DNA of 64,000 nucleotides from a virus (IMGVR_UViG_3300017911_000967:1-64000); one strand, 5' to 3'. Counted from the stretch's first letter, positions 1-9,627 are shown. Numbers and translations: made by a program. Notes: a model not told the origin generated them from the sequence alone.

Positions 1-10
1 GGAGGCGCTG

Positions 11-769
11 GTGCGTTCTTCTGATAACGCAGTTCTCACTCAGGTGGGTGGTAACTGGGAACCCTGTCAGAACCTTGAGGCGTTCACGTTCTTCAACGAG
101 TACTGCGCCGCTGGTGACATGGAGATGAACTCTGCGGGTTCTCTCAAGGGTGGTAAGTTCGTCTACGCGCTTGCAAAGATCAAAGAGTCGTTTGACGTGT
201 TGAAGGGTGACCAAGTGGACTCATACCTTCTGTTCTCTAACCCACACGAGTACGGTAAGTCTATCGATATCCGATTCACTCCTATCCGTGTGACGTGCAT
301 GAACACGTTGTCTCTCGCCCTGAAGGGTTCCGCGAACAACGGTATCAAGGTGAATCACCGACGTGCATTTGACCCACAGATGGTCAAGCAACACTTGGGT
401 CTTGCTCACGAGAAGTTTGACCAGTACAAAGAGATGGCGCAGTTTCTGTCTTCTAAGAAGTTTACTTCTGAGTCGTTGATTAGTTACTACAACACCCTGT
501 TCCCATCACAGGCACCTGCGGATGAGGTACGTGAGTACAAGGATCTCGCACCTAACGCAAAGAAAGCGTTCGAGTTGTTAGAGACTCAACCAGGCGCTGA
601 GTTCGGTCGCGGTTCATGGTGGCAGGCATTCAACTCTGTGACTTACTTGACCGACCACGTCGCGGGTCGTACTGCTGACGGTCGAATGACCTCTGCGTGG
701 TACGGTGCCAACGGTGTCAAGAAGAAGAAGGCTGCGGAACTCGCAGTAGAGATGGCGGTGGCAGCATGA
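11..769 (+). CDS. DUF932/DUF945-family phage protein (probably 5'-truncated by the window edge)
   Basis: Motifs AGSLKGGK.VY, YLLFSNPH, FTPIRVTCMNTL, GSWWQAFNSVTYLTDH. Confidence 0.75.
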   Translation: MRSSDNAVLTQVGGNWEPCQNLEAFTFFNEYCAAGDMEMNSAGSLKGGKFVYALAKIKESFDVLKGDQVDSYLLFSNPHEYGKSIDIRFTPIRVTCMNTLSLALKGSANNGIKVNHRRAFDPQMVKQHLGLAHEKFDQYKEMAQFLSSKKFTSESLISYYNTLFPSQAPADEVREYKDLAPNAKKAFELLETQPGAEFGRGSWWQAFNSVTYLTDHVAGRTADGRMTSAWYGANGVKKKKAAELAVEMAVAA

Positions 770-966
770 GTTACAACAAACTTGTAGAGACTACCGAATG
801 GGAGGGACGTGCGAGTAACTACATCTACTACACGTCCGAACGCAACACGCACCTTCACGGTTACCAGACCGAAGAGGGTGCGCCCTTTATCCCTTTCGTG
901 ACGCGTCTGTTTAGCACGAAGGGACGCACATTTGTCAAAACAAAAGTAGACAAACTACCCGACTAA
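766..966 (+). CDS. hypothetical protein (MSYNKLVETTEW...)
   Basis: ATG overlaps the upstream stop (ATGA); same frame as the 697..966 ORF. Confidence 0.6.
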   Translation: MSYNKLVETTEWEGRASNYIYYTSERNTHLHGYQTEEGAPFIPFVTRLFSTKGRTFVKTKVDKLPD

Positions 967-979
967 AGACCTCTCCGTC

Positions 980-987
980 TATAAATA
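980..987 (+). promoter_or_regulatory. T4-type late promoter TATAAATA inside an RBS-sequestering hairpin (967-1008)
   Basis: Exact TATAAATA, flanked by CTCCGTCTA / TAGACGGAG inverted repeat. Confidence 0.8.
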
Positions 988-1009
988 ATTGTAGACGGAG
1001 GAGAGTCTA

Positions 1010-1279
1010 ATGCGCACTTTATATACCGCAGGCGTAACTGCCTTGCTGTGCTCCTTGGTTTGGATTGCAGGCACAGCTAAGTTACATGATGAATATATAA
1101 AGGTGATAGATCAGAAGGACAGTCGCATCGCTCAACTAGAGAGAAAGACTGGACAAGATCGAAATACAATTATTAGTTACGATATCGGACTAAGGCAATT
1201 CTTGTTTAAGTGTACCACCAAACAAGAAATACTCATAGAGAGGAAACGATACGTCTGTTATCAAATTGAGAAGGCATAA
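1010..1279 (+). CDS. small N-terminally anchored membrane protein with coiled coil (possibly spanin-like)
   Basis: Hydrophobic N-terminus, heptad-like middle, GGAGG RBS, late promoter. Confidence 0.5.
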   Translation: MRTLYTAGVTALLCSLVWIAGTAKLHDEYIKVIDQKDSRIAQLERKTGQDRNTIISYDIGLRQFLFKCTTKQEILIERKRYVCYQIEKA

Positions 1280-1280
1280 C

Positions 1281-1715
1281 ATGATTACGAATTATCGTAG
1301 AGAAGTCTTCGAGATCTTCGAAGAATTCAAAAAGGCAGACGGTCGCGATGGTCGACTCGATGTCCTTAAAAAGTACTCAGACAACTGGGCGTTTCGCGAT
1401 ATCCTTCGCGGTTCGTTTGACGAATCTTTGGTCTTTAATATTCCCGAAGGACGCCCACCTTTCACTCCAAACCAACCCCAATCGGTTCCTTCATCCCTCA
1501 ATAAACTCCACAAAGACTTTGGATGGTTCGTCCAAGGTGGTGCGGGCGATCGCCTGCCCGATTTCAAGAGGGAGAATAAGTTCATTGGCCTACTCGAATC
1601 TATCCATCCGGAGGACGCAGAGTTGGTCTTGAAAATGGTCGCCAAAAAGGCACCATGTCGTTACATAACCAAAAAACTAGTACAGGAGGCATTTCCAGAT
1701 TTGATCGTCGAGTGA
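1281..1715 (+). CDS. conserved T4-like hypothetical protein (DUF6433-like)
   Basis: Motifs F..PEG.PP and KRE..FIGLLESIHP.DA. Confidence 0.65.
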   Translation: MITNYRREVFEIFEEFKKADGRDGRLDVLKKYSDNWAFRDILRGSFDESLVFNIPEGRPPFTPNQPQSVPSSLNKLHKDFGWFVQGGAGDRLPDFKRENKFIGLLESIHPEDAELVLKMVAKKAPCRYITKKLVQEAFPDLIVE

Positions 1716-1765
1716 TACTCACTCAAACAATTCGACACATTACACTAACTTTAAGGAGAAACACC

Positions 1766-1876
1766 ATGTCGAGACAAAAGTTGAACCAACGTAATCGAGG
1801 AAAGTATACGAGTAATCGAACGAGAACGAATAATTATTCTAACTCAGTCCGTTCCACTTTACAACAATTTCGATAG
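1766..1876 (+). CDS. small basic peptide (36 aa)
   Basis: Strong AAGGAG RBS before ATG 1766; MSRQKLNQRNRGK... Confidence 0.4.
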   Translation: MSRQKLNQRNRGKYTSNRTRTNNYSNSVRSTLQQFR

Positions 1877-1953
1877 GAGGTGACTATCTCTTCAAGGGCG
1901 AACGTGAGACCCCTGTCGTAGTGAAGTGATCAAATCTTGGTGATGGAAATATA

Positions 1954-2196
1954 ATGCCACAGTATGAGTTTAAAAACAAGGAAACCGGAGAAATCATTGA
2001 CGTGATTCTCCGGTTATCCGATTACGATCAGTGGAAGGCTGATCATCCGGAATACGAACGATATCACAGTTCGTCTTCCGCTCCCAAATTGGTGTCAGGA
2101 ACAAGGGATGCGCACTCGATTGCGGGTCGTGATTGGTCCGACAAACTAAAACAAATAAAAGAAGTGTCCGGTAAGGACAACACCATAAACGTGTAG
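1954..2196 (+). CDS. FmdB-like small regulatory protein (Cys-less phage variant)
   Basis: MPQYEFKNKETGE N-terminus, typical of T4-like marine phage FmdB-like proteins. Confidence 0.6.
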   Translation: MPQYEFKNKETGEIIDVILRLSDYDQWKADHPEYERYHSSSSAPKLVSGTRDAHSIAGRDWSDKLKQIKEVSGKDNTINV

Positions 2197-2204
2197 GGAA
2201 GCAC

Positions 2205-2396
2205 ATGAGTTTTTCAAATTGGTTTAAGTATGGGAAAGTGAATAAAGTAGATAAAGATCCAGATCCGGAAGATATTTCCGTGGACAATGCGTATAAGACT
2301 CGCTGGATCTGGTACCACACAATCCTAGCACTAGAACTGTTGATGACTAATGTTCTTCTTGCGGGAATACTAACCGCACTGGTGGTCAAACTATAG
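2205..2396 (+). CDS. small membrane protein
   Basis: C-terminal hydrophobic helix. Confidence 0.55.
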   Translation: MSFSNWFKYGKVNKVDKDPDPEDISVDNAYKTRWIWYHTILALELLMTNVLLAGILTALVVKL

Positions 2397-2404
2397 GAGA
2401 GACT

Positions 2405-2920
2405 ATGCGTTCGCTGTGGGCGAAGTTTGTAGATAAGATACTGCCCATCGGTGAATCAGACACAGTCGTTTTTGAAATGAATAGACAGGCAGTATTTGAA
2501 CAGTTAAAAATTGACGAAGGAGTAGTGTATGAGGTTTACAACGACCATCTCGGCTATCCCACGTTCGGTGTTGGACATCTCATCACAAAGAGTGACCCCG
2601 AGTACGGAAGTCCAGTCGGAACGCCGGTTTCCGCAGAAAGGGTTGCACAGGCATTCGAAACAGATCTCGACATCGCCTTGCGAGAGTGTGGTATGTTATA
2701 CGGACACATGTGGTCTTGTTTTCCAGGCGAGGTCAAGGAGATCTTGGTCAACATGATGTTCAACCTTGGTAGACCAAGACTAAGTAAGTTCAAGAAAATG
2801 AATGGTCACCTAGAACACGGTGACTACAAGAATGCGGCTGTTGAAGGTCGCGATTCGAGATGGTATCGTCAAGTAGGCAACCGCGCCGAACGACTTATGA
2901 CAAGGTTAGAGAATGTCTAA
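2405..2920 (+). CDS. T4-type lysozyme (GH24 endolysin)
   Basis: LKIDEG-x-Y-x-D-x-GYPTFGVGH catalytic E/D/T motif; NMMFNLG; SRWYRQVGNRAERL. True start may be the internal Met (MNRQ). Confidence 0.9.
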   Translation: MRSLWAKFVDKILPIGESDTVVFEMNRQAVFEQLKIDEGVVYEVYNDHLGYPTFGVGHLITKSDPEYGSPVGTPVSAERVAQAFETDLDIALRECGMLYGHMWSCFPGEVKEILVNMMFNLGRPRLSKFKKMNGHLEHGDYKNAAVEGRDSRWYRQVGNRAERLMTRLENV

Positions 2921-3779
2921 AAATGTAATCTTTCAGTATATGATCACGTCCAAGGAAGTCGACAAACGTGGTGGTATCAAAGGGTGGGACGGTTCTCGTT
3001 CCTCTCTCTACGAAGAGGTCGCCAAGATCTCACGCGAGTCGTTCGAGAAGTATGCAGAACGAATCGGCGCAACACACATTTACTCCAACCGACGCGTAGC
3101 GACCGAAGGTCACGGATGTTCGACATCCCTACTACACGAGTGCGCACGTGTCTGGTTGGACCCTATCTTTGACGAATACGATAACCTGTTGTTTGCGGAC
3201 ACAGACATCGTCGTCAACACTGACGAAAATATCTTTGACCTCATGGAGTCCGGCGCGGATGTCTATGGTGTTCTAGAGTCAGATTTCGTCACTGCCTCCG
3301 GTGGTGGTTACAACTCATGGGACGGGCCCGGCGATACCTACGATAACTTCTGTCGTAAGTTCTCCCTACACGACTGCCCAATCGTCCCAGTGATGCCACC
3401 CAATCGTCCTTCCAAGATAACCATCATGAATACGGGTGTGGTCCTATGGACAAAAGAAGCGCGTCTACGTGCACGTGAACTGTTCCTTCCTTGGGAAGAG
3501 TGGTGTTACACAGGCGACTTCCACATGTCCATCATGAACGACCAGCCCTACATCTCTGCGCAGTTGATGAAACACGATTTCGACATCGAGACCATCGACC
3601 AGACGTGGAACGATTCCCCCCACTACGCAACCGAAGAGGAGTTTTTTGATAAGGCACGATTCTGTCACTACACTGGTGGTGAATGGAAAGTGGACATGGT
3701 GCGTCACTGGAACGATCGCAGATACAGAACGCAACGAGAAGGTGACTCAGTAAGGTTTAACAGATCATTATTCCCATAG
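2913..3779 (+). CDS. GT-A fold glycosyltransferase (GT8/GT34-like)
   Basis: LFADTD DxD motif, NTGVVLW, NDQPYI, WN, FCHYTG. Confidence 0.75.
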   Translation: MSKNVIFQYMITSKEVDKRGGIKGWDGSRSSLYEEVAKISRESFEKYAERIGATHIYSNRRVATEGHGCSTSLLHECARVWLDPIFDEYDNLLFADTDIVVNTDENIFDLMESGADVYGVLESDFVTASGGGYNSWDGPGDTYDNFCRKFSLHDCPIVPVMPPNRPSKITIMNTGVVLWTKEARLRARELFLPWEEWCYTGDFHMSIMNDQPYISAQLMKHDFDIETIDQTWNDSPHYATEEEFFDKARFCHYTGGEWKVDMVRHWNDRRYRTQREGDSVRFNRSLFP

Positions 3780-3821
3780 GAGTTCTTTGTGAATAATACC
3801 AACATATTTTTAAAATGAGTG

Positions 3822-3850
3822 TTGACAAACACTCCACTCTCATGTATAGT
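3822..3850 (+). promoter_or_regulatory. sigma70-type early promoter
   Basis: TTGACA-N17-TATAGT. Confidence 0.8.
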
Positions 3851-3882
3851 ATAGACTTGGAAGTGAGAGAACGGAGACCTGA

Positions 3883-4090
3883 AATGGAAACACTTTATCG
3901 AGTAGAGAACGCCGAACTGGGTATTGCGTCTGAGATACGTAAGACACTGGAGGGTTCTAAGAGAACATATGCCCTGTATATGATCGACACCGATGCTGAC
4001 TCTGTTGTAATGACTCAGTTGGGTGACAACTATGATCGATTCGTAGACAAGGCAGATGAGTTCGCACACGTGAATGCATGGGCGAATTAG
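3883..4090 (+). CDS. hypothetical early protein (METLYRVEN...)
   Basis: GGAG RBS, downstream of the early promoter. Confidence 0.6.
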
Positions 4091-4276
4091 GTGTACGAAG
4101 CGGTAAACCATAAACATGGTCGTCGTGCGGTAGTCGATAAGGCACCGACCGACAAATATGAGTATCGTCTAGTGATGTATCAAGACGGTCTATCAGTAGC
4201 TGTGAAGTTCGGTGAGAATCGCCACGATTTGGAGTGGCACGCCGATAAATTTATACGAGAGGGCAAGGTGGTATGA
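4091..4276 (+). CDS. hypothetical protein
   Basis: Abutting ORF in the operon. Confidence 0.55.
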   Translation: MYEAVNHKHGRRAVVDKAPTDKYEYRLVMYQDGLSVAVKFGENRHDLEWHADKFIREGKVV

Positions 4277-4446
4277 CCAAAGAAATGAAAATCAAAATCG
4301 ACGACATCGTCACTCACTATATTTACAGAACCGAGTATGCGCCCGACTGGGCAAACATGCAGGTTGCTCTGTATGATGAGGGCTTGACACCCAGTGAGGT
4401 CTATGTTATTATGCAAAACGTTCGAGAGGAGGGAGTCGCCCCGTGA
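4273..4446 (+). CDS. hypothetical protein (57 aa, MTKEMKIKIDD...)
   Basis: Translated manually; start and stop overlap both neighbours. Confidence 0.55.
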   Translation: MTKEMKIKIDDIVTHYIYRTEYAPDWANMQVALYDEGLTPSEVYVIMQNVREEGVAP

Positions 4447-5015
4447 GGGACAAAGTGATATTGGTTGATTGTGATGGTGTCTTGTTAGATTGGATGTACG
4501 CATTTCAACAGTGGATGAAACGTCACAATTATATGATCAAGAACCCAGAAGTATACGACGTAGGAGTTATGTACGGTCTGGAACGCAACGAGAAGCGACG
4601 ACTCTGTCGCATGTTCAACGAGAGTGCGACGGTTCGAAAGATACCACCACTCCGTGACGCAATCAAGTACGTTCGTAAGTTGCACGAAGAACACGGTTAC
4701 GTGTTTCACGCAATCACCTCTTTGAGTAACGACGAATACGCGCAACACCTGCGCACAAAGAATCTCCAAGAACTATTTGGCCCAACCGTCTTCGAGAAGT
4801 ATGTTTATCTCGACACTGGTGCGGACAAAGACGAAGAGTTGGAGTTCTACCGCGACACAGGATGCCTGTGGGTAGAAGACAAGGTAGAGAATGCCGTCGC
4901 CGGTGCGAAGGTAGGTCTTGAGTCTGTAGTAATGTCACACGGTTACAATCAGAACAGTGAGTTCCCATTGATGCGTAACTGGAAGGATATATATGACTAC
5001 GTCTTAGGACAGTAA
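4443..5015 (+). CDS. HAD-family 5'(3')-deoxyribonucleotidase-like protein
   Basis: ILVDCDGVL motif I; WVEDK motif IV. Confidence 0.8.
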   Translation: MRDKVILVDCDGVLLDWMYAFQQWMKRHNYMIKNPEVYDVGVMYGLERNEKRRLCRMFNESATVRKIPPLRDAIKYVRKLHEEHGYVFHAITSLSNDEYAQHLRTKNLQELFGPTVFEKYVYLDTGADKDEELEFYRDTGCLWVEDKVENAVAGAKVGLESVVMSHGYNQNSEFPLMRNWKDIYDYVLGQ

Positions 5016-5038
5016 GTTCCCGCTCAAGGTAGCATGTC

Positions 5039-5065
5039 GGGGGGTCTCGAAGACCCCCCTTTTTT
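5039..5065 (+). terminator. Rho-independent terminator
   Basis: GGGGGTCT-CGA-AGACCCCC followed by a T run. Confidence 0.8.
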
Positions 5066-5066
5066 A

Positions 5067-5074
5067 TATAAATA
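5067..5074 (+). promoter_or_regulatory. T4-type late promoter
   Basis: TATAAATA about 30 nt upstream of the carbamoyltransferase ATG. Confidence 0.75.
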
Positions 5075-5102
5075 ACTAAGTCATTAACTACGAGATACAC
5101 TC

Positions 5103-6620
5103 ATGAGATTTGTCGGTTACAGTGAATATTATCATGATGCGGGATTCGCGATCATCAACGAAGATGGTACCGTCGAATTCGCAACACACGGAGAACGTTA
5201 CTCCAAAAAGAAAAACGACGCCCACCTACCAGAAGAACTCTGGGATATGGTTAGAGAAGACGACCACCTATCATTCTACGAGGATCAAACACTCAAGTTT
5301 GATATGCGTGGCGGTATCGATGTCAAGGGAGACACTTCACATCTTGAAGATCGTCCAGAAACTGCGGAAGAGACCTTCAACCGCATGATCATCCCTAACG
5401 CGCAAGTTTTCGATGTCAACCACTTACACCACGAGTCACACTGTGCTGCCGCATTCTACACGCGACCTTGGGACTCAACCGAGGATACCGTTCTGGTATC
5501 GATCGACGGTGTCGGTGAGTTACAGACAGCGACCATCATGGATCACAACTTCAACCTAATCAAAGAGTGGCACTACCCAAAGTCGGTCGGTTTGGTTTAT
5601 ACTACTGCAACTAAGATTCTAGGTCTACGTCCACTGGAAGACGAATATGTCGTCATGGGTTTATCCGCATACCATGAGACCGATGAAGAGTCTTGGTCAA
5701 TCACTCAGTGGTTAATCGACTGGTATGATAACCTTGAAGACATTGCGCCAGAGATCGCACAAGGAATCTCAGTCGGTATCGAGACATCACCTCGCGAGAT
5801 CGCACGTCGAGAGTGGAGGTCATCGTTCAGGAAAAAAATTCTCGCGGTAGAAGATAAGGTTGCGGCACGTGCCGTTCAAGATTTCGCAGATTATGCAATC
5901 ATGGGTATAATGCGCGAGGCGTCTAAATATGGTAAGAAGTTGTGTTACTCTGGGGGGTGCGCACAAAATGTCGTAATCAACTCGCGTCTGTTTGAGTTGT
6001 TCGACGAAGTGCACATTGCAGTATCACCAACGGACGCTGGTTCAGGTCTAGGTACTGCCGCACGTTCATGGGCAAAAGCAACAGGTAAGGATAAACTTAT
6101 TTGGAGTCCATATGCGGGATACGATATTACAACTCCTATTAATCCCAGCGCTGTCGTTGATCATCTGCTTGAACATCGGTATTGTGGTATTGCTAATGGA
6201 AGGGCTGAGTTTGGGCCTCGCGCTCTTGGCAACCGATCTCTTATCGCTGATGTAAGGTACGACGTACAGGATACGGTTAATACGATTAAGCGCAGACAGA
6301 AGTACCGTCCGTTCGCTCCTGCAATTCTAGAGGAATATGCGGAGGAGTATTTTGACGGGCCGATGAACGAGTACATGCAGTTCACTTCGTGGGCGAAGCA
6401 TGACTACGCACCTGTCACACACGTAGATGGTTCTGCGCGTGTGCAGATTGTGCGCAAGGATTGTGAGTCGGTGTTCCGTAAGATCATCGAAGAGTACTAC
6501 GATAGAACAGGAGTACCAATGCTCCTGAATACCTCTCTCAACATTCGAGGTCGTCCTATGGTTAATGACGAACTGGACGCCGAGATGTGGGAACAGAAGT
6601 ATGAGGTGAAAGTGTTCTAG
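5103..6620 (+). CDS. O-carbamoyltransferase (NodU/CmcH/TobZ family)
   Basis: HDAG, ERYSKKKND, HHESH, IDGVGE, SGGCAQN, GRAEFGPRALGNRS, YRPFAP, HVDGSARVQ, LLNTSLN. Confidence 0.93.
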   Translation: MRFVGYSEYYHDAGFAIINEDGTVEFATHGERYSKKKNDAHLPEELWDMVREDDHLSFYEDQTLKFDMRGGIDVKGDTSHLEDRPETAEETFNRMIIPNAQVFDVNHLHHESHCAAAFYTRPWDSTEDTVLVSIDGVGELQTATIMDHNFNLIKEWHYPKSVGLVYTTATKILGLRPLEDEYVVMGLSAYHETDEESWSITQWLIDWYDNLEDIAPEIAQGISVGIETSPREIARREWRSSFRKKILAVEDKVAARAVQDFADYAIMGIMREASKYGKKLCYSGGCAQNVVINSRLFELFDEVHIAVSPTDAGSGLGTAARSWAKATGKDKLIWSPYAGYDITTPINPSAVVDHLLEHRYCGIANGRAEFGPRALGNRSLIADVRYDVQDTVNTIKRRQKYRPFAPAILEEYAEEYFDGPMNEYMQFTSWAKHDYAPVTHVDGSARVQIVRKDCESVFRKIIEEYYDRTGVPMLLNTSLNIRGRPMVNDELDAEMWEQKYEVKVF

Positions 6621-6642
6621 GCACTTGATCCCAACTTCGCTC

Positions 6643-6668
6643 GGGGTGCCTTCGGGCACCCCATTTTA
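6643..6668 (+). terminator. terminator with cUUCGg tetraloop
   Basis: GGGGTGCC-TTCG-GGCACCCC-ATTTT. Confidence 0.85.
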
Positions 6669-6686
6669 ATAACAATAAGGGTTGAT

Positions 6687-6848
6687 ATGGGTCATCTAAA
6701 AGACGTAGGTCTTAACTACTTCGAACATTTACGTAGAGCGTGGACGATCGCGTTTGTGTCTTTTGTGCATGGTCTACTACCATTTATTTGGGAAGACAAG
6801 GCGAAGGAACTGATCAACGGGGATCCCCAAGATTTCAAGGTGAAGTGA
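6687..6848 (+). CDS. small protein (MGHLKDVGLNYFEHL..., DUF6356-like)
   Basis: Manual translation, 53 aa; H....Y.EH and VHG..P pattern. Confidence 0.55.
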   Translation: MGHLKDVGLNYFEHLRRAWTIAFVSFVHGLLPFIWEDKAKELINGDPQDFKVK

Positions 6849-7114
6849 TGGAAGAAGAATTTATCTGTCCAGAAGATCTGGTCTGTATGGACATCGAAAC
6901 ATGGAATGGCATAGTTGATGAATACGACCTCGCTATGGATATGACGGATGTTTCGAAAACAAGTGACGTGCAGGCAATCATCAATGTCACTTGGGAGATG
7001 TTGTTTCTCCATCCGTGGGATCTGATCTACATCGGTCTACCGATGAGTGTCCTTGCATTCTATGGATTGTCCATATACGCAGCCTACAGATGGATACAAA
7101 AGAGGTTCTCATGA
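6848..7114 (+). CDS. small membrane protein
   Basis: ATG overlaps upstream TGA; C-terminal TM helix. Confidence 0.55.
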   Translation: MEEEFICPEDLVCMDIETWNGIVDEYDLAMDMTDVSKTSDVQAIINVTWEMLFLHPWDLIYIGLPMSVLAFYGLSIYAAYRWIQKRFS

Positions 7115-7443
7115 CAGAAGAAACAACACCAGCACCAATCAAGAAGAAACTAGAATTAGAGGTCGAGTTCGACACCACCCAGAAGGAAGTAGTCCCAAGT
7201 CGTTTTGAGGCGTTACTTGAGTTCGCGGACGTACTAGACGCATACCGACTTTTCCCTCGTGCATTCATCGGCGTTTACCTATACCTACTCATCGAGACAG
7301 TACAATGGTTCATGACAATCCCAGAACCTAACGCATCACAGGCGGGTCTGATCTCCGTAGTCGTCGGAGCAGGGGCAGCTTGGTTTGGTCTATATACCTC
7401 AACAGGGTCAGCACGTAAAGTAAAGAGTATTAAGACGAACTAA
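7111..7443 (+). CDS. two-TM membrane protein
   Basis: LFPRAFIGVYLYLL...WFM...GLISVVVGAGAAWFGLY. Confidence 0.6.
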   Translation: MTEETTPAPIKKKLELEVEFDTTQKEVVPSRFEALLEFADVLDAYRLFPRAFIGVYLYLLIETVQWFMTIPEPNASQAGLISVVVGAGAAWFGLYTSTGSARKVKSIKTN

Positions 7444-8324
7444 TGGCATCGGAACTTGTGACTTGGAGGGGAACGCCCGGAGTAGGTGATTTCATGTGGG
7501 CGTTGAACTCGTGTCACAAGTATGCCGCTGATCAAAACGTTTCTAAAATAAACCTAGAGTTTCACTGGGAGCACGGTGAGGACTACCTACACCATTTCGA
7601 AGACCCAGAGACCATCATCGAACGTTGTGACTACATCCACAACTTCTACCACGACAAGGATCGCATCGAGATCCACCACATCTTCAACGCAGACGGCCGA
7701 TACAAACACTGGAAGTTTGCGGACGACATCGTCACCGACCCCAATGGTGAGAGACGAATCGCCGCGAAGAGTCACGGCATCGAAAAGGCGCGTTTCTGGT
7801 TTCAGAGCGGTTATTACAACGACGCGACCGGATCTACTGCCCCCGACAACGACTGGATTTTTCGTAAGGACGCATTCAGAGATATCGTTCAGGACCGTAT
7901 AGTCATATGGAGACCGACGTGGAACGCAGAGAAACCTCGCACGTGGAAGAGACAGTTCACCAACGAGGATTGGGAACGCCTGATCATGGACCTCAAGATG
8001 ATGGGGTTCAATGTCTACGAGTTGGGATATCGCACACCCGTGCGTGAGGCGATGGAGTTGATATCCACCTCGCGTCTGGTGATCTGTTATGACGGTATCT
8101 GGCACTACATCGCCAAGAACTTTGCACGACCGATGGCGGTAGTGTCTGGTGAAGGAGTGACTAAATATCATACACCGAATGCGTTACGGATGAATCCAAC
8201 CGTATCGTATGCCGAGAAAAACCCTTGGTGGTGGTTATCCAATATGGGAGATCTGTTGGGACACACTAAGGATAAAGCAGTGGACTATGAAAACAGAATG
8301 AGGCAGTACTATGGAAATGACTAG
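7443..8324 (+). CDS. GT-B glycosyltransferase-like protein (GT9/heptosyltransferase-like)
   Basis: GVGD N-terminal motif; ELISTSRLVICYDGIWHYIA...P resembles the GT9 C-terminal motif. Confidence 0.5.
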   Translation: MASELVTWRGTPGVGDFMWALNSCHKYAADQNVSKINLEFHWEHGEDYLHHFEDPETIIERCDYIHNFYHDKDRIEIHHIFNADGRYKHWKFADDIVTDPNGERRIAAKSHGIEKARFWFQSGYYNDATGSTAPDNDWIFRKDAFRDIVQDRIVIWRPTWNAEKPRTWKRQFTNEDWERLIMDLKMMGFNVYELGYRTPVREAMELISTSRLVICYDGIWHYIAKNFARPMAVVSGEGVTKYHTPNALRMNPTVSYAEKNPWWWLSNMGDLLGHTKDKAVDYENRMRQYYGND

Positions 8325-9303
8325 AGAAACCTTTACGATCGACCGTGCGGTCATCGAGGTCGCGGGTGGATGTAACTACTCGTGTTCGATGTGTCCGCAA
8401 GACCTACGTGAGGGTGGTCGTCACAAGGGATTCCGACGCATCATGAAACTCGATGAGTTCGAGGGATACGTTGCAGACTGTGCGAAGCACGGACTCCGTG
8501 TCGTGAACCTTGACGGTTCCGGTGAGGCGACGATGGCAAAGAATCTACCTGAGTACATCAAGGTAGTAAAGAAGTATGGGGCGAAGTGTTTCATCTTCTC
8601 TAACGGATTCAAGATGGAAGGTCAGTACATGCGTGACTGTGTTGACGCGGGACTGGACTTCTACCGATTTTCATTCATTGGATCAGACGAACAAGACTAC
8701 ACCAAATGGATGTACAACGCTGTGGGTGGACACTACGCACAAATTAAAAGTAACATTCAAGAGATGGTAGAATACGTGAACGAGTCGGGGTCTGACTGTG
8801 TTGTGTCGACGTATCACTTGATCACCGACAACGATAACATCGATGAAGAACTCGATAAATACAAAGCACTGGTCGAAGAGTTGGGTGTCAAGACAGAAAT
8901 CTGGAAGATGCACAACTGGTCAGGGGCATATGAGATTGGTGATAACGCAAGAAAAGGTAAGGTGAAAAGCTGTGGACGACCATTTAGTCCAGATGTTGTT
9001 ATACGCGCTGGAGGTCTTGACGGTAAACACGGTGCTGTACACCCTTGTTGTCAGGTACTGGGACGTGATGAGGAAGCGGTCCTTGGACACTGTCAAGACG
9101 ACACTATCGAAGACATCTTCTTCGGTGAGGCATACGAAGAGTTACGAGAGCAACACCGAACAGGTGAATATCCAGGCTTCTGTAAGGACTGCGACTTCTT
9201 AGTCGACGACCCAGAGGTTCTGGTCTATACTAATCACGAACGTGATCTCATGAAGATGCACGGAACAAACTTCACACTCAATGACTACAGGGATAACAAG
9301 TAA
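8317..9303 (+). CDS. radical SAM protein with SPASM/twitch domain
   Basis: CNYSCSMC (CxxxCxxC); C-terminal C..P, PCC, LG, CKDC. Confidence 0.88.
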   Translation: MTRETFTIDRAVIEVAGGCNYSCSMCPQDLREGGRHKGFRRIMKLDEFEGYVADCAKHGLRVVNLDGSGEATMAKNLPEYIKVVKKYGAKCFIFSNGFKMEGQYMRDCVDAGLDFYRFSFIGSDEQDYTKWMYNAVGGHYAQIKSNIQEMVEYVNESGSDCVVSTYHLITDNDNIDEELDKYKALVEELGVKTEIWKMHNWSGAYEIGDNARKGKVKSCGRPFSPDVVIRAGGLDGKHGAVHPCCQVLGRDEEAVLGHCQDDTIEDIFFGEAYEELREQHRTGEYPGFCKDCDFLVDDPEVLVYTNHERDLMKMHGTNFTLNDYRDNK

Positions 9304-9509
9304 TGTGGGAATTTACGCAATTAACAGTATGGGTAGCAAAAGCAAAAGAATGGTTCGATGAACGTATTGTTGAACGTACTACATGGGACGGGACAGTCAT
9401 TGTCGCGGTTTGTGGTAGTTACATTCTGTTCGAATCACTGATCGGTATGGTCGCATACGCAGGCGTCCTATATGGACTCTGGACTATCTGGAAAGAAGAA
9501 CAGAAATAA
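9303..9509 (+). CDS. small membrane protein
   Basis: ERTTWDG plus two hydrophobic segments. Confidence 0.55.
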   Translation: MWEFTQLTVWVAKAKEWFDERIVERTTWDGTVIVAVCGSYILFESLIGMVAYAGVLYGLWTIWKEEQK

Positions 9510-9516
9510 TACTCAG

Positions 9517-9550
9517 AAACCGGACTTCGCGTCCGGTTTTTTTATAAATA
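9517..9550 (+). promoter_or_regulatory. terminator hairpin followed by late promoter
   Basis: AAACCGGAC-TTCGC-GTCCGGTTT plus T run; TATAAATA at 9543-9550. Confidence 0.75.
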
Positions 9551-9627
9551 ATATGACTTGGAAGTGATCTCTGGCCAGATATATGCACTCCAAGTCCATT
9601 AGAATTCTAACGAGGAAAAATACTACA

